From Geosiphon pyriformis uo1 (lineage: Eukaryota > Fungi > Glomeromycota), in the NCBI GenBank assembly GCA_016748015.1, contig JAAOMT010000324.1, positions 1 to 64,000 of the forward strand: a DNA stretch of 64,000 nucleotides, given 5' to 3'. Each line of letters opens with the position of its first letter. Position 1 is the first letter of the stretch. The notes beneath the pieces are model-generated. The model searched no databases and had not been told where the DNA came from. It saw only the letters and a list, made by a program, of their open reading frames with translations. Shown piece by piece: positions 48,710 to 61,393 of the stretch. Both the position numbers and the translations under genes were made by a program.

Positions 48710-49661
48710 TAATTTTCTTTTTAAGACTGAATTTTATTAAAGTTCAAATATTATCTATGGTATTAAAATAATAATCCAAAATAATTGAAATAATTTGGTT
48801 TAAAAATTGTTGAAATTTCAGTTTTGTTAGTTTGTCAATATATTGAATTTTTATTGGTTAAAATATTGAATTTTATAGAATATTTTTGCAAGTATTAAAT
48901 AAGTCATAGAGTCTAAAAACTATTCTAAGTTTGTAGCAAGTGTTTATTGGTCTAGCTACTGTTTTGAAATTATTGTAAATTTTTTTTGTATAGCTTCAAA
49001 AGTGAAGTTGGTTGTTTCAAATTCCAGTTTTTGTTCATAAAGTGGTTTTTTAATATAAAAATATTTAAAAAAAGAATATATTTATGGCTTTGCTCATTAA
49101 GACACAGTTAAAGCTTTTATTGAGTTATGGCATTTGGTAAAATGTTAATAAAAGTGAATAACTGGTTTTTTTTAAAGTTTGCTTCAAAAGTTTTAACAAT
49201 TGAATTTTAAAAAAACTTCTTGTTTTTTTTTTATAAAAGTAATAATTCTGAGAATTATTTACTATTAGCATTGTAGTTTTTTTTTGAGTGTAATTAATTT
49301 GACTTTTATTAATTGTTATGAATAAATTAGGAAGTGGTTTTAAAGCTAACATTAATTTTTGGAATATTTGTTGAATGTTTTGGAGAATAATTATGATAAA
49401 AATAATTAAATTGAGATTAAAATTTGAAAAAAATTTGAAAAAAAATAAAGAAATATTTTTGGGTATTAGATTTTTATATGTTTTTGATTTTTTTGTAATT
49501 ATTTACTATTTTGTTTTTTATATTTTGTTTATTCTTAAAAAAATATTATGATAATTTTAAATATTTAAATTTAATTATTATTTTATTATAATTATTGGTT
49601 TTAAATTTTAGGAAATATCTTTAAGATTAATTAAAAAAGAATGTATATCAATTTGTGAAAA

Positions 49662-52600
49662 TTTTTTTTTATTCATTTTATGAGTGAGATTCAAACACTA
49701 TCTAATACAATACATCAAGTAGACTAATCTAAACTAGATGTGAATCATGCATTTTCTACATGCAACCAGCCACTTGGGCCAATCAGAACCAAACTAAGCA
49801 TTTATATGTACTAAGACTAAGTCTCTAATATTTGAGAAAAACAAACAAAATTTGCCAAAATCCAAAACCAACACCAATTGCATCAGCAATACCCAGTAAC
49901 TTAACAACATTCATAAAAAGCACCATAGACAGTTCTGAAACTAAAGCTGCAGCCAAACTGTCCCATAGAATTATCCCACTCTTTTCCATACAGGCTTAAT
50001 GCTTAGCGCAGATCAACCAAACCTCATCCTTAAAAGCAAGACACAAGTTATGAACAAATTTAACAACTTTCTGACCAGCTAACTTTGCATCTTCAAAGAC
50101 AGATATAGCTTCTCGAAGCCATTCTTTAAAAACAAATCTCTTGCAAAGAGCTGTACAAACCATAACATTTGAGATACAAGAAGACAGTAATTGAAAAACA
50201 TTTAAAGAGGAAATGGAAAGACCAGAAAGTGCACCCCAAGCAGTGGCATAAGCATCCAACAGGTGACAACAAACAGAATTATCAACCACGCAAAAAAAAA
50301 CATGATCAGAAACTTCAATCTCACTACAGTATAGACACAGCACACTTGGATAGCATCTGTTATACAATTGCTTCTAAACAGTAACTAGCAGTCAATGGTG
50401 TAAAGCTTTCATAAAATATGTGCAAATACCAGCCATAGATTTACTGGTAAAGCCAGCAGCCATGTGTAAGTCTGGATGCCACATCAATGACAAGTTAAGT
50501 CAATCAATGTTTGAGCACAAACTATTATCTAAAACTTTAGAACCTGAACTAACCTCCCAGTGCACATAAAGAATAAACTGAAAAACTCCATAAACAAAAT
50601 GCCTAAAGTTACTAGAAACAACATTACCTTCAGCTAAAATATAACATTTTTTCACATGAGGAATAAGACACCAGAGAGAGAAAGATGCTGCATCAACAAG
50701 TATATCAGCATGCTTATTGCCCATAACACTTGAATGACCTTTTATTTGTGCCAGCTAACACTCAAATTCTTTTTTTTGATAACATTTACAATGTGCTAAT
50801 GTTTAACCCAACAGCAATTTTGAAAATCTGGATAAACCAGACCTAATTCTGATTTGCACACATCTAAGACAGCTTGACTGTCCATAAAGACACTAACTAA
50901 GCTATTAGGAGAAACACACTCAACAGCCAATGCAATGGCCTGCAGCTCAGCCAAAGTAGAAAACATTAAACCAGATATCCTAATCCTCAAACCCAAGCTT
51001 ATGTTCTCGAAAAAGACTGCTGCACCAGCTCTCATGTCGATACTCTCTAAGCCCTTAGAGATCCATCCATATAGACAGAAAAGCAGTCAGTCTTAAGACC
51101 CAGCAACTGATCATAAATCAATTCAAACTCACTAGATTCCAAAATATCCAAAGGCTCAGCAGTATTCACAGAAGAAAAACAGGCAGAGAAAGAAGCAACA
51201 CTATTGAGAAAGTCAACAGAAAGCTTAAACTATTCAGGAATAGGACCACATGGGTCAGCTTTTTCCAATGCTTGAACGTTTTCCAATCAAAAACAGCTTC
51301 ATTTTTACCATGGAGTTGGTCAACAAAGATAATACCATATCTTCAAAGAGATAAAAAAAACTTAAAATAATCAGTCTTGTCAAGAACAAAAGACATGGAA
51401 GTTCTACCATGAAAATAGAAAGAATTGTTTACATAACCATTTAGAGACAGACTACACCCAAAAAAAATACAAACCACACCTGCCAAAAAATTATTAGAAA
51501 CACTGACTTTTATATACACTAGAAACACCAACAGGTGGAGTGGACTTCAAGACAAAACGAGACCTGTGCAAAAACAACTGACCCAAAATCCCAAGAGAAT
51601 TTGCAAAGCACACAACAGAAGCAACCTTGTTTTCAGCTTGGACTTGTTCAAAAGTCTTTAAATCATATAATGAAGGATGATAAAGTGCATCATTAGGAAA
51701 ATCTAGAGATAGACTAGACTTTAGCTTTAAGCCTCTGTGAATCAAAAAGTCCCACTTATGACACATACTAATAGGAACAAAACTAAACTGTGTTCTGTAA
51801 TTGACAATGGGTTGGAAAACTGCCAATACCAGATACAAGAATTGTTTATCAGAAATGGTCTTTCTTAAAACCAAATTGGCAAAAAATCCAACATCAGTAT
51901 TAGCCTTAGCCAGACTAGGCTTTAACAAACCCTCAGTTAACAAAAAAATCCCCAGGTAGTGATGAGACTCTCTTCTCTTGACAATAAATATAGACAAACC
52001 ACTAATAAACAAATTGGGACACATAGCTCTGCAATTAATAGAAATTGCCACTGTCTTGTTATTGTTAATAGATATGTTATTGATCTGAAAAAATTTGCTA
52101 GTAACATCAAGAATATGTTGGGTTGCAGCTTGGCTGCTACCAATCCAAATTGTGTCATCAACAAAAGCACCAGCAGTGAGAAAAGATGTTAATCTAGCTT
52201 GAGATTCTAAATGACCAGTTTTGGCAACAAAATAAGAGTTCAGCCTATATCTACAAATGCTCTTTTGTTTCTTGAGCTCACACAAAAGAAGATCATAAAA
52301 TATGTGCCAAAAAAGTGGTAAAAACACCTCCCCCTAATCCAAACCATCATGCACTTGATATCCATTTGTTAAACCAAAATCTGGCATCACCCTGTTAACA
52401 CAATCATTGTGAATGTTACCAAAAAATCTAATAAACTTGTCACACATCTTTATCCTAACCAAACTGTTCTTAAGATGCTCCCAATCAACAGAGTTGTAAG
52501 CCTTTTGCATGTTCTACAAAACCAGCCAAAGTTTATGGTTTTTTTCCAAGACATCCTCAATAACTGAAGCAACACCAAAAATGGAAGATTGCGTTATTAT

Positions 52601-55600
52601 ACTCTTTAGAACCAAGAAATTGTCTCTGCACAAAACATCAAAAAAGCTGCATGCCAAAGAAATCTTGTCCAAGAGAATTTTGGAAAGAATTTTGTGGGCA
52701 GTCTTGATTAAGGCAATAGGTTGGGTATTTGTAAGAACTCCCTTCCACTTATATGGTTTTGAAATCATTGAGACCCAAGCTTCCTTCCAAGCACTAAGCA
52801 TTGATTCATAAAACAAACAAAAATTCAAAAGCACCAAAAGCATATCTAAGACTGATTTATCACAATGCTTCCAAAGCTCATTTGACACCCCAGAAAGACC
52901 AGCAGTTTTGCCATTAAGCAGATTAAAAACCACCTTGAGTAGCTCATCAAAACTAACCAAGCACATTACATTTGAAAAAGCATTATTAAAAATGTATTAC
53001 AATGGCTGATATTGATGAGACCAATCATTAGAAAAATCTTTCACCACATTGCATTTCCTGGTTCAGCTTTCTATAACAACGTCAACCTTGGCCTTAACCA
53101 GGTCAGATTCCAAAATCAGTTTATTTCCAACCATCAGATGGTCCAAAACCACTTTTTAAAAAGGATGTTCCAGCATGCTCTTGATTGTGTTGTCTTTGTT
53201 GACTGCAAAATTCTCCATCTATTTATTGATAGCTGATTTTATTCTTGATTCTTCAGCTCACAAAGATTCAGCAAGCTTGGAGGCATGATATGTTTTTTGC
53301 ACACTGAAAAGAGCTGAGCAAACATGATCAAAACCCACACCAGAGTCCACAATTTCCTGTACAATTAAAGCTTTAACATTGTCCAAAGAATCCCAACATC
53401 TCATAAGGAAAGCAAACCTATTGCCATTTTCCTCATAAAAGGCCTTAGCAATCTTCAAGACCAAAAGCTTGAGCTTATGAAACCTAGAAGATTCCTTGGT
53501 AAAAACACTGTCGAAGCTCTTAAACCATTTTTTCCTGAATATTTCATCAGCCGAAAGTAACATAACTTTGCAAATTGTATCCCACATCGCATTCAAGTCC
53601 AAGAGATGCCTAGAGGTGATAAAATTATCAGAGAACACAGCAGTATTGGCTGTCATAACATCTTTAAACTTGTCTCACTTTGTATTATTAGCACCATCAA
53701 AATCAAACTTCTAGTGATCCTTATTCATCTGCTTATGAAAAGAGTTTAACTTAGTGTCCAGCAAACCACCCAGACCCACCAAAACAGAAACAGCATGATA
53801 ATCAGTGTTAAAGTAATCACCAATGTTCATAACATCATGACTCACAACTACACTGACTAAATTTGATGAAACTAAAATATAATCAATTGTCTTTTTTGCA
53901 CCCCTTGGATTACTCCATGTAGAGCAACCTACAGATAAACTACCCATCAAAGAGTTGACCAGCTCCAAACTGATATACTTTTTAAAACTAGCACATTTTT
54001 GCGAACCATTTTCATTGAAGTTACCACCAAGGATGATAAAAGAAGATTTGTTAACAGTCTTTACAATAAGAGAGTTGATTTTACTAGTCTGTAAAAACCG
54101 AACTCCAGATGAAGCTCCAGTGTAAAGTCCTAAAACTAACACAAAAAAGTTTATTCTTGAAAAGAAGTCTAATAAATAGGATCCAACTAGGCACTTCAGA
54201 AACTTTGCACACATGCTTTGCCAAAGAAAAATTCATGATGATAGCAACACCAGAACCCAAATATTCAGAATCCAAACTAGAAGTAAAAACATGGACACCA
54301 TCAAATTTGTCAGTGATCCACAGACAGATTCTATCTTTCAACTTAGTTTCAGTAATGATCGAAATCAAATTGCCTATATCCTTATGCCAACGAACAATGT
54401 CTTTCTGTTTTGCAGGATTGTTTATACCTTGGGCATTACACATAGCAATTTTCCAAACAAAATCTATTATTGAGATGAAAAAAAAGTTGATGAACTCAAA
54501 CCAGAACACAGATGATCCAACTTTCCCAAAACTGAATTAATAGAAGCCTCCAAAGCCACCATTTTGGATTCCAATTCACTTATTTTGGTAGTTAGAACCT
54601 TAAAACTACTAGAGCTGAAATCAGCCACCAAGTCTGAACCAATAAAAGAAGAGGGAGTGGATGACATCAATACATTGCCCAAAACCATATTCAAATACAA
54701 AACAGGAGCTAAAAAAACAGAAACAATTGGAGGGGAAGCAGAAAGAGATATAGTCAAAAGGACTAACTCCACAAAGCTCAATTTTTTCAACAAAACAAAA
54801 ACCTGATTTAACAAAAGCTCCAAAGAGCATTTTAATACTGCTAAACAATCACTCAAGCCAGAGTTATCATCTGAAGTAAAAGAAAGAGTACCACCTAAAT
54901 GTAAGATGCCAAAAAAAAGAGAACTAAAACCAGACTTAAGGTAAGTACCACCAGAAGAATTAGCTAATAAAACTACTTGGGCTCAAGATTTACCACTAAA
55001 GGCAGCAGGACAAGAGATTAAAACATCTTTTTTTTCATACAACTTAGTAAGCTAAAAGTGAGCTTCCTCTAAAGCAATTTTTTTATATGATTTCTTAGAT
55101 GATGGCAGCACAAGTACCTCTGAAGCATCACATTCAAGAGCTGAATGTCCAAAATGCCTACACTTTGTACAACAAACCAAATTCATCCTAGTCCAAGACA
55201 GTTTTATTTCATTATAAATAAATTTTGTACAAAAGACAGATTTCAGATCATCATTAGAATCAAAACCAATCACAGCACAGCGAATTCTATTACCAGTTTC
55301 CAGAGATTTATTTATAATGCAGATTTTCTCACCAGCTCTTTCCAAAAGAGTTCCAAGATCATGTACTATTATTCTTACTGGTAAAGTAAACAAAAGTGCT
55401 CTGAACTGATCTCTTGAAACCCAAGACTTACAATCTTGTACTGCTTTGGCTACACACACAGAATTTTTACCAATCAAGAATGACCACTTAGAAACCAACA
55501 AATTAGCTTGGTCTGATTCAGCAAACTTCACCACAGCTTTTTGCCACATTCCAATCAATTGAATTTTGATTGACTTAATTTTACCAAACTTGGCTAGTAC

Positions 55601-56475
55601 AGCAATAATTATCTTTTTTGGTGTATCCATGGAAATTTTTTTAATTACCACAGCCTAATTTGAATGAATTCCTTGTTTTTTAAGATTACTGTTTACAATA
55701 ATTTCTTTTTCTCTAGCCAATAAAATGGCTATTTTCATGCTTTTTTTAGAAGTAAACATTGATTGGATGATCCCTTCAAATTTTGAAGAGGTAGTGGCCC
55801 TCCCAAAACCATTGACTAATGAAAGAATTTTTCTGATGAAATAAGTTTTTGCCATTGCCAATTTCTCTTTTACAGCACTAAGATTAATATTAAGAGCAAA
55901 AAACTTTCTAACAGATACTTCAACTTGAGATTTGACAATTTTTGGGTCAACCCATTTTTTTTCCAAAGAAATTTTAAGAGAGAGAGAAAGAGGCCCATCA
56001 TTTTCATCTATGTTATAATCGAATAAGCTAAGAGGAAAGTCACAGATCAGATTGGTATTTACTTTTTTAGCTTTAGGGATGTTTGTTACTGAACTAAGAA
56101 AAAAACTATTGCCAACACCAAAAAAAATATCATTGTTCTCACTATTACCAGATACACTGTCAATATCCAAATACACACTATAACTGGGATCAGATTTGAC
56201 CAAAGAGATATTCTTTTTATCTTCAGAATGCTTGACATTACCAACAAAAACCCTCTTTTTCTAAGAGAAAAACCCCCCAACAGGACCATGAAGAACCCCT
56301 ATGGGTGCCTTCTTTTTAGACATAGTACTACCTGAAGCAGCAGCCAGGTTCACCACAAAAAGATTATTTAATTAAGAAATGTTTACAAGAGATATCAAAA
56401 AATAAAAAAACTTCTTTTTTGAAAAATTGCTTTTTGGAGTTTTTTTGAAAGTAAGAGAAAAAGAAGTTTTTTTTT
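49662..56475 (-). mobile_element. Near full-length LINE 2 (ORF1 ~54467-56354; ORF2 49794-54470)
   Basis: ORF1 knuckle CTKCRHFGHSALEC; APE CNAQGINN, GGNFNE and TDYH; RT AFVDDTIW; RNase H ELQAIALA and FMDSQA; finger CLYCSE..HVFFC. The 5' end resembles LINE 1 (cttctttt after an A run). 3' UTR motif at 49745-49790. Confidence 0.93.
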
Positions 56476-58504
56476 AATATAACTTATAATTGTGAAATTA
56501 ATAGTTTAAAATTGTTTTTAAAATAATAGTGTTTTAATCAATTTCTATGTATAATTTTTGCTAAAACTTTGTTATTAAGTCTTAATTTATATGATTTATT
56601 GTTTGGTATTTCATAAATATAGAATGATTCATTCTATTTATGTTCAAATTTTCTACTTTATTGTTTTTTAGCCTTAGTTCTATATAAAAGAATTTTGTTT
56701 TCAACTTTAAATTTATTGGTAACTGGTGGTAATTTGTTGTCATGCTGTTTTTTTTATTAAGCTTAAGAGTGTTTAATATAAGTAATTGTTATTCATTTTT
56801 TTTCTTCTAAAGTACTAAAAAGAGTATAAGCTTTTTATTAAAGTGTTTTTTGAAAGTTTTTTTTATTAATTGATTGCACTGAGTATGTTTTTACTATAAA
56901 ATTAATTAGTAGTATTGTTGTTTTTCTATAAATCAAATTAAATAATATGTGTTTTGTAATATTTTGTTTTAATATTTTATATACTAATAATATTAATAAA
57001 ATAAAGATATCATATTTCTGCTCAAAATTGGTTAAGACTTTGGCTAATAATTCACACAATATTTGGTTAAAACATTCTATTAATTCATTTGTTTAAAGGT
57101 GATAAAGTAATAATAAGAGTCTTTTAATATTAAATTATTTACAAATTTTTTGTATCAAGTTGTTTATAAAGTGTGTTCTTTGATTAAATAAGAATTCAAT
57201 TAAACATTCATGCCTACAAATAATGTTTTCATAGATAAAATTTGCTACTGATTTTACATTTGCTTTTTGAATGGCTTTGGCTTCAGGCTATTTAATAAGA
57301 TAATTTACTATAACTATTATATAATAGTTTTCTTAAGTAGTAATAGTTAGTGGTCTGACTAAATTAATATTGACTTTGTTAAAAAGTTGTTTAACTTTGA
57401 TTGAATTTAGAGGTTTAATAAGACAAGTTCTTCCTTTTTTTTGACAATTATCACATAATTTTACATATTATTAAATGTTTTTTTTATATATAAGGCCAAA
57501 AATAATGTTCTAATATTTTTTAAATCATATTATCTTTTCTTAAATATACTAATAATAAGTCTGTATACATGTTGTAAAAAATGGTTTTTTTTTGTTTTTT
57601 TGAAATAATCTAAGTAGATTATTTGAATTTTTTTAATTTCAATAATAAATTTTGTTATAATATAAGAAATATGGTTTTGATTAGTGTTGTAATTACTGTT
57701 TGTTAATTAAAGACCAGTTTTCTGGCATAATAAAAGTCTTTAAATAATTTTTAATGTTTTTGTAATTTCCAGAATTATTGTTTGTTAATTGTTTTGTTGT
57801 TGTTAAGTTATTAAGTTATAAGTATTAATTCTAATCTTGCCTTATTCTTAAAATACTATCTATATTAGTGTTATTACCCAAGTAAAAAAACCAATCTAAA
57901 GTTATGAAGAAAAATGACCAAAACATAACATAATACAGAATAATATGCAATAACATTGAATAATGCATTATAACTTAGAATAATATAGAATAATACATTA
58001 TAACATAGAATAGCACAGAATAACATATAATAACACCAGATAATATGTTATAACAGAGGATAACTAGAAATAACATAGAAGAACAAAACAATAACAGAAA
58101 TAGCAAAGCAATAGTTAGTAATAATAAAACAATCAAAAGCAATCCTGTAAAACCAAAAAAATATATAAAAGCAAGTGGTTGTAAAAGTTAGAAAAAGACA
58201 TCTAGATATGAATCACTAAACAAAAATCAAATATCCTTATTTCTTCCATTATTTATTCTATTCTATATTTATCTTCTGAAATAAATCAATTATTGAGAAA
58301 TCAGAATTATGAATTCATGTTCTTAAACTTTGTGAAATTTATGTGAATTAATTATTGTTTTGTATCTTTGTTTCAGAACAAATGCTCTTAGCATAACCAC
58401 CTCAAATTATTAATAATTTAGACCAATCACTCTTGATTACAGTAATTAATGATACTAATTCATCATCTTTTTTTTTCTTTTTTTCTTTTTCTTTTTTTTT
58501 TTTT

Positions 58505-58524
58505 NNNNNNNNNNNNNNNNNNNN
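58505..58524. other. Assembly gap (20 N) in an LTR poly-T tract
   Basis: N run. Confidence 0.99.
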
Positions 58525-59420
58525 TTGTGCAGCAGCACATAGTAAAATTAACTATCTGAAAATAAACTTCGTGATAACCTGGTAAAAAAAAAAAGCTTCC
58601 TCTAAGTTTTGGATATTAACATTATCTTGGTAGTTTACCAGAAGGGTGAAAAGACAACACCAGACCCTAAAAACTGTCCTTGTTAGCTCAGAGAAGATAG
58701 CTTACACTTATAAGAAGTTGCAATTAGTGAAAACCAAATCTTTGTGCCTTATAACCAAAGAACTCAATGAATAAAATCACAACCAGTAAATAAGACTTTC
58801 AGAAACTGATAATCAAGACTAAGCCAACAGAATTATGCAAAACATGTTTTACTAATAATTGAGAGCACCAAACATTACCATTTTTTTATCTCCTAAGTTT
58901 ACTTATAATATTTGGTGCTCCCTATAAGGTTATAAAATCCACAAAGACAAAGCACCCTGAAAATTCACAAAAGTAGCAACTATTAAAACAGTAAGAAAGA
59001 ATCACATTTTGTATGGAAAAACATTATTTTAATACTTCTGAGAAGACTTAGGAATATTCACAGAAACTGTTATTACAGAAAACCAATTTTGTGACTATCT
59101 GTATGCAAAAATTAACTGCTTTCTAGGCTGAATAACAGACACTAAGAAACTGGAAAAACAAATTCATCAAAAATTATTAGTTTACTCAACAAATACCATT
59201 ACTCAAACTATAGCCAAAACTCTTTGTATACTTAATAAAAACATTGATTACTATGTAAAAAAATGTTATCCTCAAGTAAAACAATTAGCAAGGCCCAACT
59301 CTGAAGAATATAAATCCAAACCTGATAGCACAACAGCCGCATGAGAATAAGCTTACTCTATAGTCAACAAGAAACCAAGATTCTTTTCCCTAACAACTCC
59401 ATTATACCATCAAACACTGG

Positions 59421-60263
59421 TGTTACAGATAATTATTTGGGGTCTCAAAGCAAATAACAAATCTGTAACTTGGTGCTCAATTAATATATTGATGTTGGTA
59501 ATATCTGAAGATTTTGGTTGAGTTTTTTGTATAATAGACAGAGATTCAATAATGATGCTGTTGTTGGTGAGTTGTTTTTCCAATTTTTTTCTTCAGCTTA
59601 GTGACCAGTTTATTCTAACAGTCATGCCCTTTTAGTAAGCTATCCATTAATATATATCTAATATTATCTTTTTTTTGGGTTTTTTACCAGGCTATTCATG
59701 ACATCAATAATTCAGCACTTAATTCTCAATCAATTAGTAATCACAACAAAATAAAGAAAAAAAAATAAAAGAAATAAGAAGATAAAGAAAATAAGCCAAG
59801 ATGATTGCAAGTTAGTATTCTATCAATAGCCATGATTAAGAGCTATTGTTTCAGTATAGTCAAGTATTAATTACTATTAACATAAAGAGTTAATAGTAGA
59901 GAGTAAATTTGAAATAGTGAATAATTATTTATTGATATTTGTAATATAGAATATTGCTTAGATTAAATCTAAACTGAGAGATCTGTCTTTTCTGCTTCTA
60001 ATATTACCACTATATATACATAATTGAGATTCCTCAATTCCTTAATTTTTTACACCAAGAATTCTAAAATTTCTGAAATTCTGCAATTTTTTTTGAAAAA
60101 AATCCTAGAATTCTAGAATTCTGCAATTTCTTGTATGAAAATTTTAAAATTCCTGAAATTCTACAATTTCTTTGAAAAGAATCCTGAAATTCCACATTTA
60201 CTATGGTTACTTCTGATTGGCTAATTGATATGCTAATATACTTTCTATATTCTATAAGTAACA
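59421..60263 (-). repeat. Solo LTR with decayed TSD CTGG/TCAG (ancestral CCGG inferred)
   Basis: TGTTAC..GTAACA termini. Removing it with CCGG restores the frame HQTPESKIVFNP. Same family as 8512-9341. Confidence 0.9.
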
Positions 60264-61393
60264 TCAGAAAGTAAAATTGTATTTAACCCAATCATAAAAA
60301 CCCAAACAGAAACATCACAAACTCTTAGAAATCAACATTTGTGGAGTCATAACAGTTGGACCAGATCTTTAAAAGAATATGGATCATTATTTGAGAACTT
60401 CACCCCAATAATCAATAAAACAAATGGAAATATGTTGATGTAGGAATCATTCTAATTCAACTTTTGACTGAATCATCAACTACCCCTCTCTGAAGAAACA
60501 ACTATTCTCCAGCCCATTGGGAAAATTAACAAAAGAAAACAACCAGAATTAGCACCAGGAGAACCTCTTAGCACACAAACCCCAAATTCTTCAGCATTAA
60601 ATAGTAAGACTCTATCTATTTACCAGATCATGGCCTACTGAAATATTGCCAAATTAAAGAAATTCTTGAAAGAAGAAGACAATACATATTTGTAGATTGC
60701 AGAAGCCGAGAAAGCAATTACTGTTAACAACTGGAATGATGACAAAGTTATTTAAGCACTGCCATTCTTTTTGACTGAGACTACAGACTTATGATATCAA
60801 AGTTTGATAAAAAAACTCACTGACTTTACTGCTTTTAAACTTGCCTTTCTACAATACTTTTACAACTCTAATACTTTTATTAAATTACAGAATCAATTCA
60901 GTATAATAAAACAAAAAGATTATGAAGCAGTGACTACTTATCTTGGATGATTTAACCAAATTCTTTGTCAAATACTGGCAATTGAAAAAGACTACTACAT
61001 TGTAGTACAAATTCTTAATTAATTTATCAAGAAACTAAGAAGCAGCCTTCTAAGATCTGTATAACCCCAACATTCAACAAATCTACCAGACATCATCACT
61101 CTTGCTCGTGATTTTGAGTCAACAGAACAAAAAGCCAATCACATCCAAGCTGTTAATTGAGCCATTAATAGAACTACAGACATTAATGCAAAGATAATCC
61201 AATTGAGTGAAAAATTAACTCAAAAAATTGAGGGATTTTTAACCAGTACTACAAGAACTTATCAGCCACCCCAATAAAAAACAATAACAGCAGTAGGTAC
61301 TATCAACAACAGGAACATTAGCAACAACAACAACCTTGGAAATCTGACTCTTATAATTGCTATTATTGCCAAAAATTTGGACATATTGCTCAG

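Larger units (their letters stand above)
47782..57871 (-). mobile_element. Gypsy element D remnant (IN 56500-57860, ORF3 48720-49650, 3' LTR 47782-48709), split by LINE 2
   Basis: The LTR is homologous to 29006-29976 and is preceded by a decayed PPT aaaaagaaaatta. ORF3 motif RLYDLFNTCKNIL..IDKLTKLKFQQF. Integrase remnants include CDNCQKKG and FIYENIICRH. Confidence 0.75.
57872..61393 (+). mobile_element. gag: Gypsy element E, 5' part (5' LTR 57872-58910, PBS, gag), interrupted by a solo LTR and element F
   Basis: The LTR is homologous to 27389-28410. PBS tggtgctccctataagg at 58913-58929. Capsid MAY*NIAKLKKF..AEKAITVNNWND. The knuckle CYYCQKFGHIA is cut at 61393. Confidence 0.88.

Noticed and set aside
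49640-56500. TSD for LINE 2 (ttgtgaaa-containing flanks)
   Set aside because: The similarity is only partial, gapped and in very AT-rich DNA, so it cannot be called.
27389-58910. LTRs 27389-28410 and 57872-58910 as the ends of one giant element
   Set aside because: They are in opposite orientation. One is a 3' LTR with PPT and the other a 5' LTR with PBS reading away from it, and their flanks do not form a TSD.
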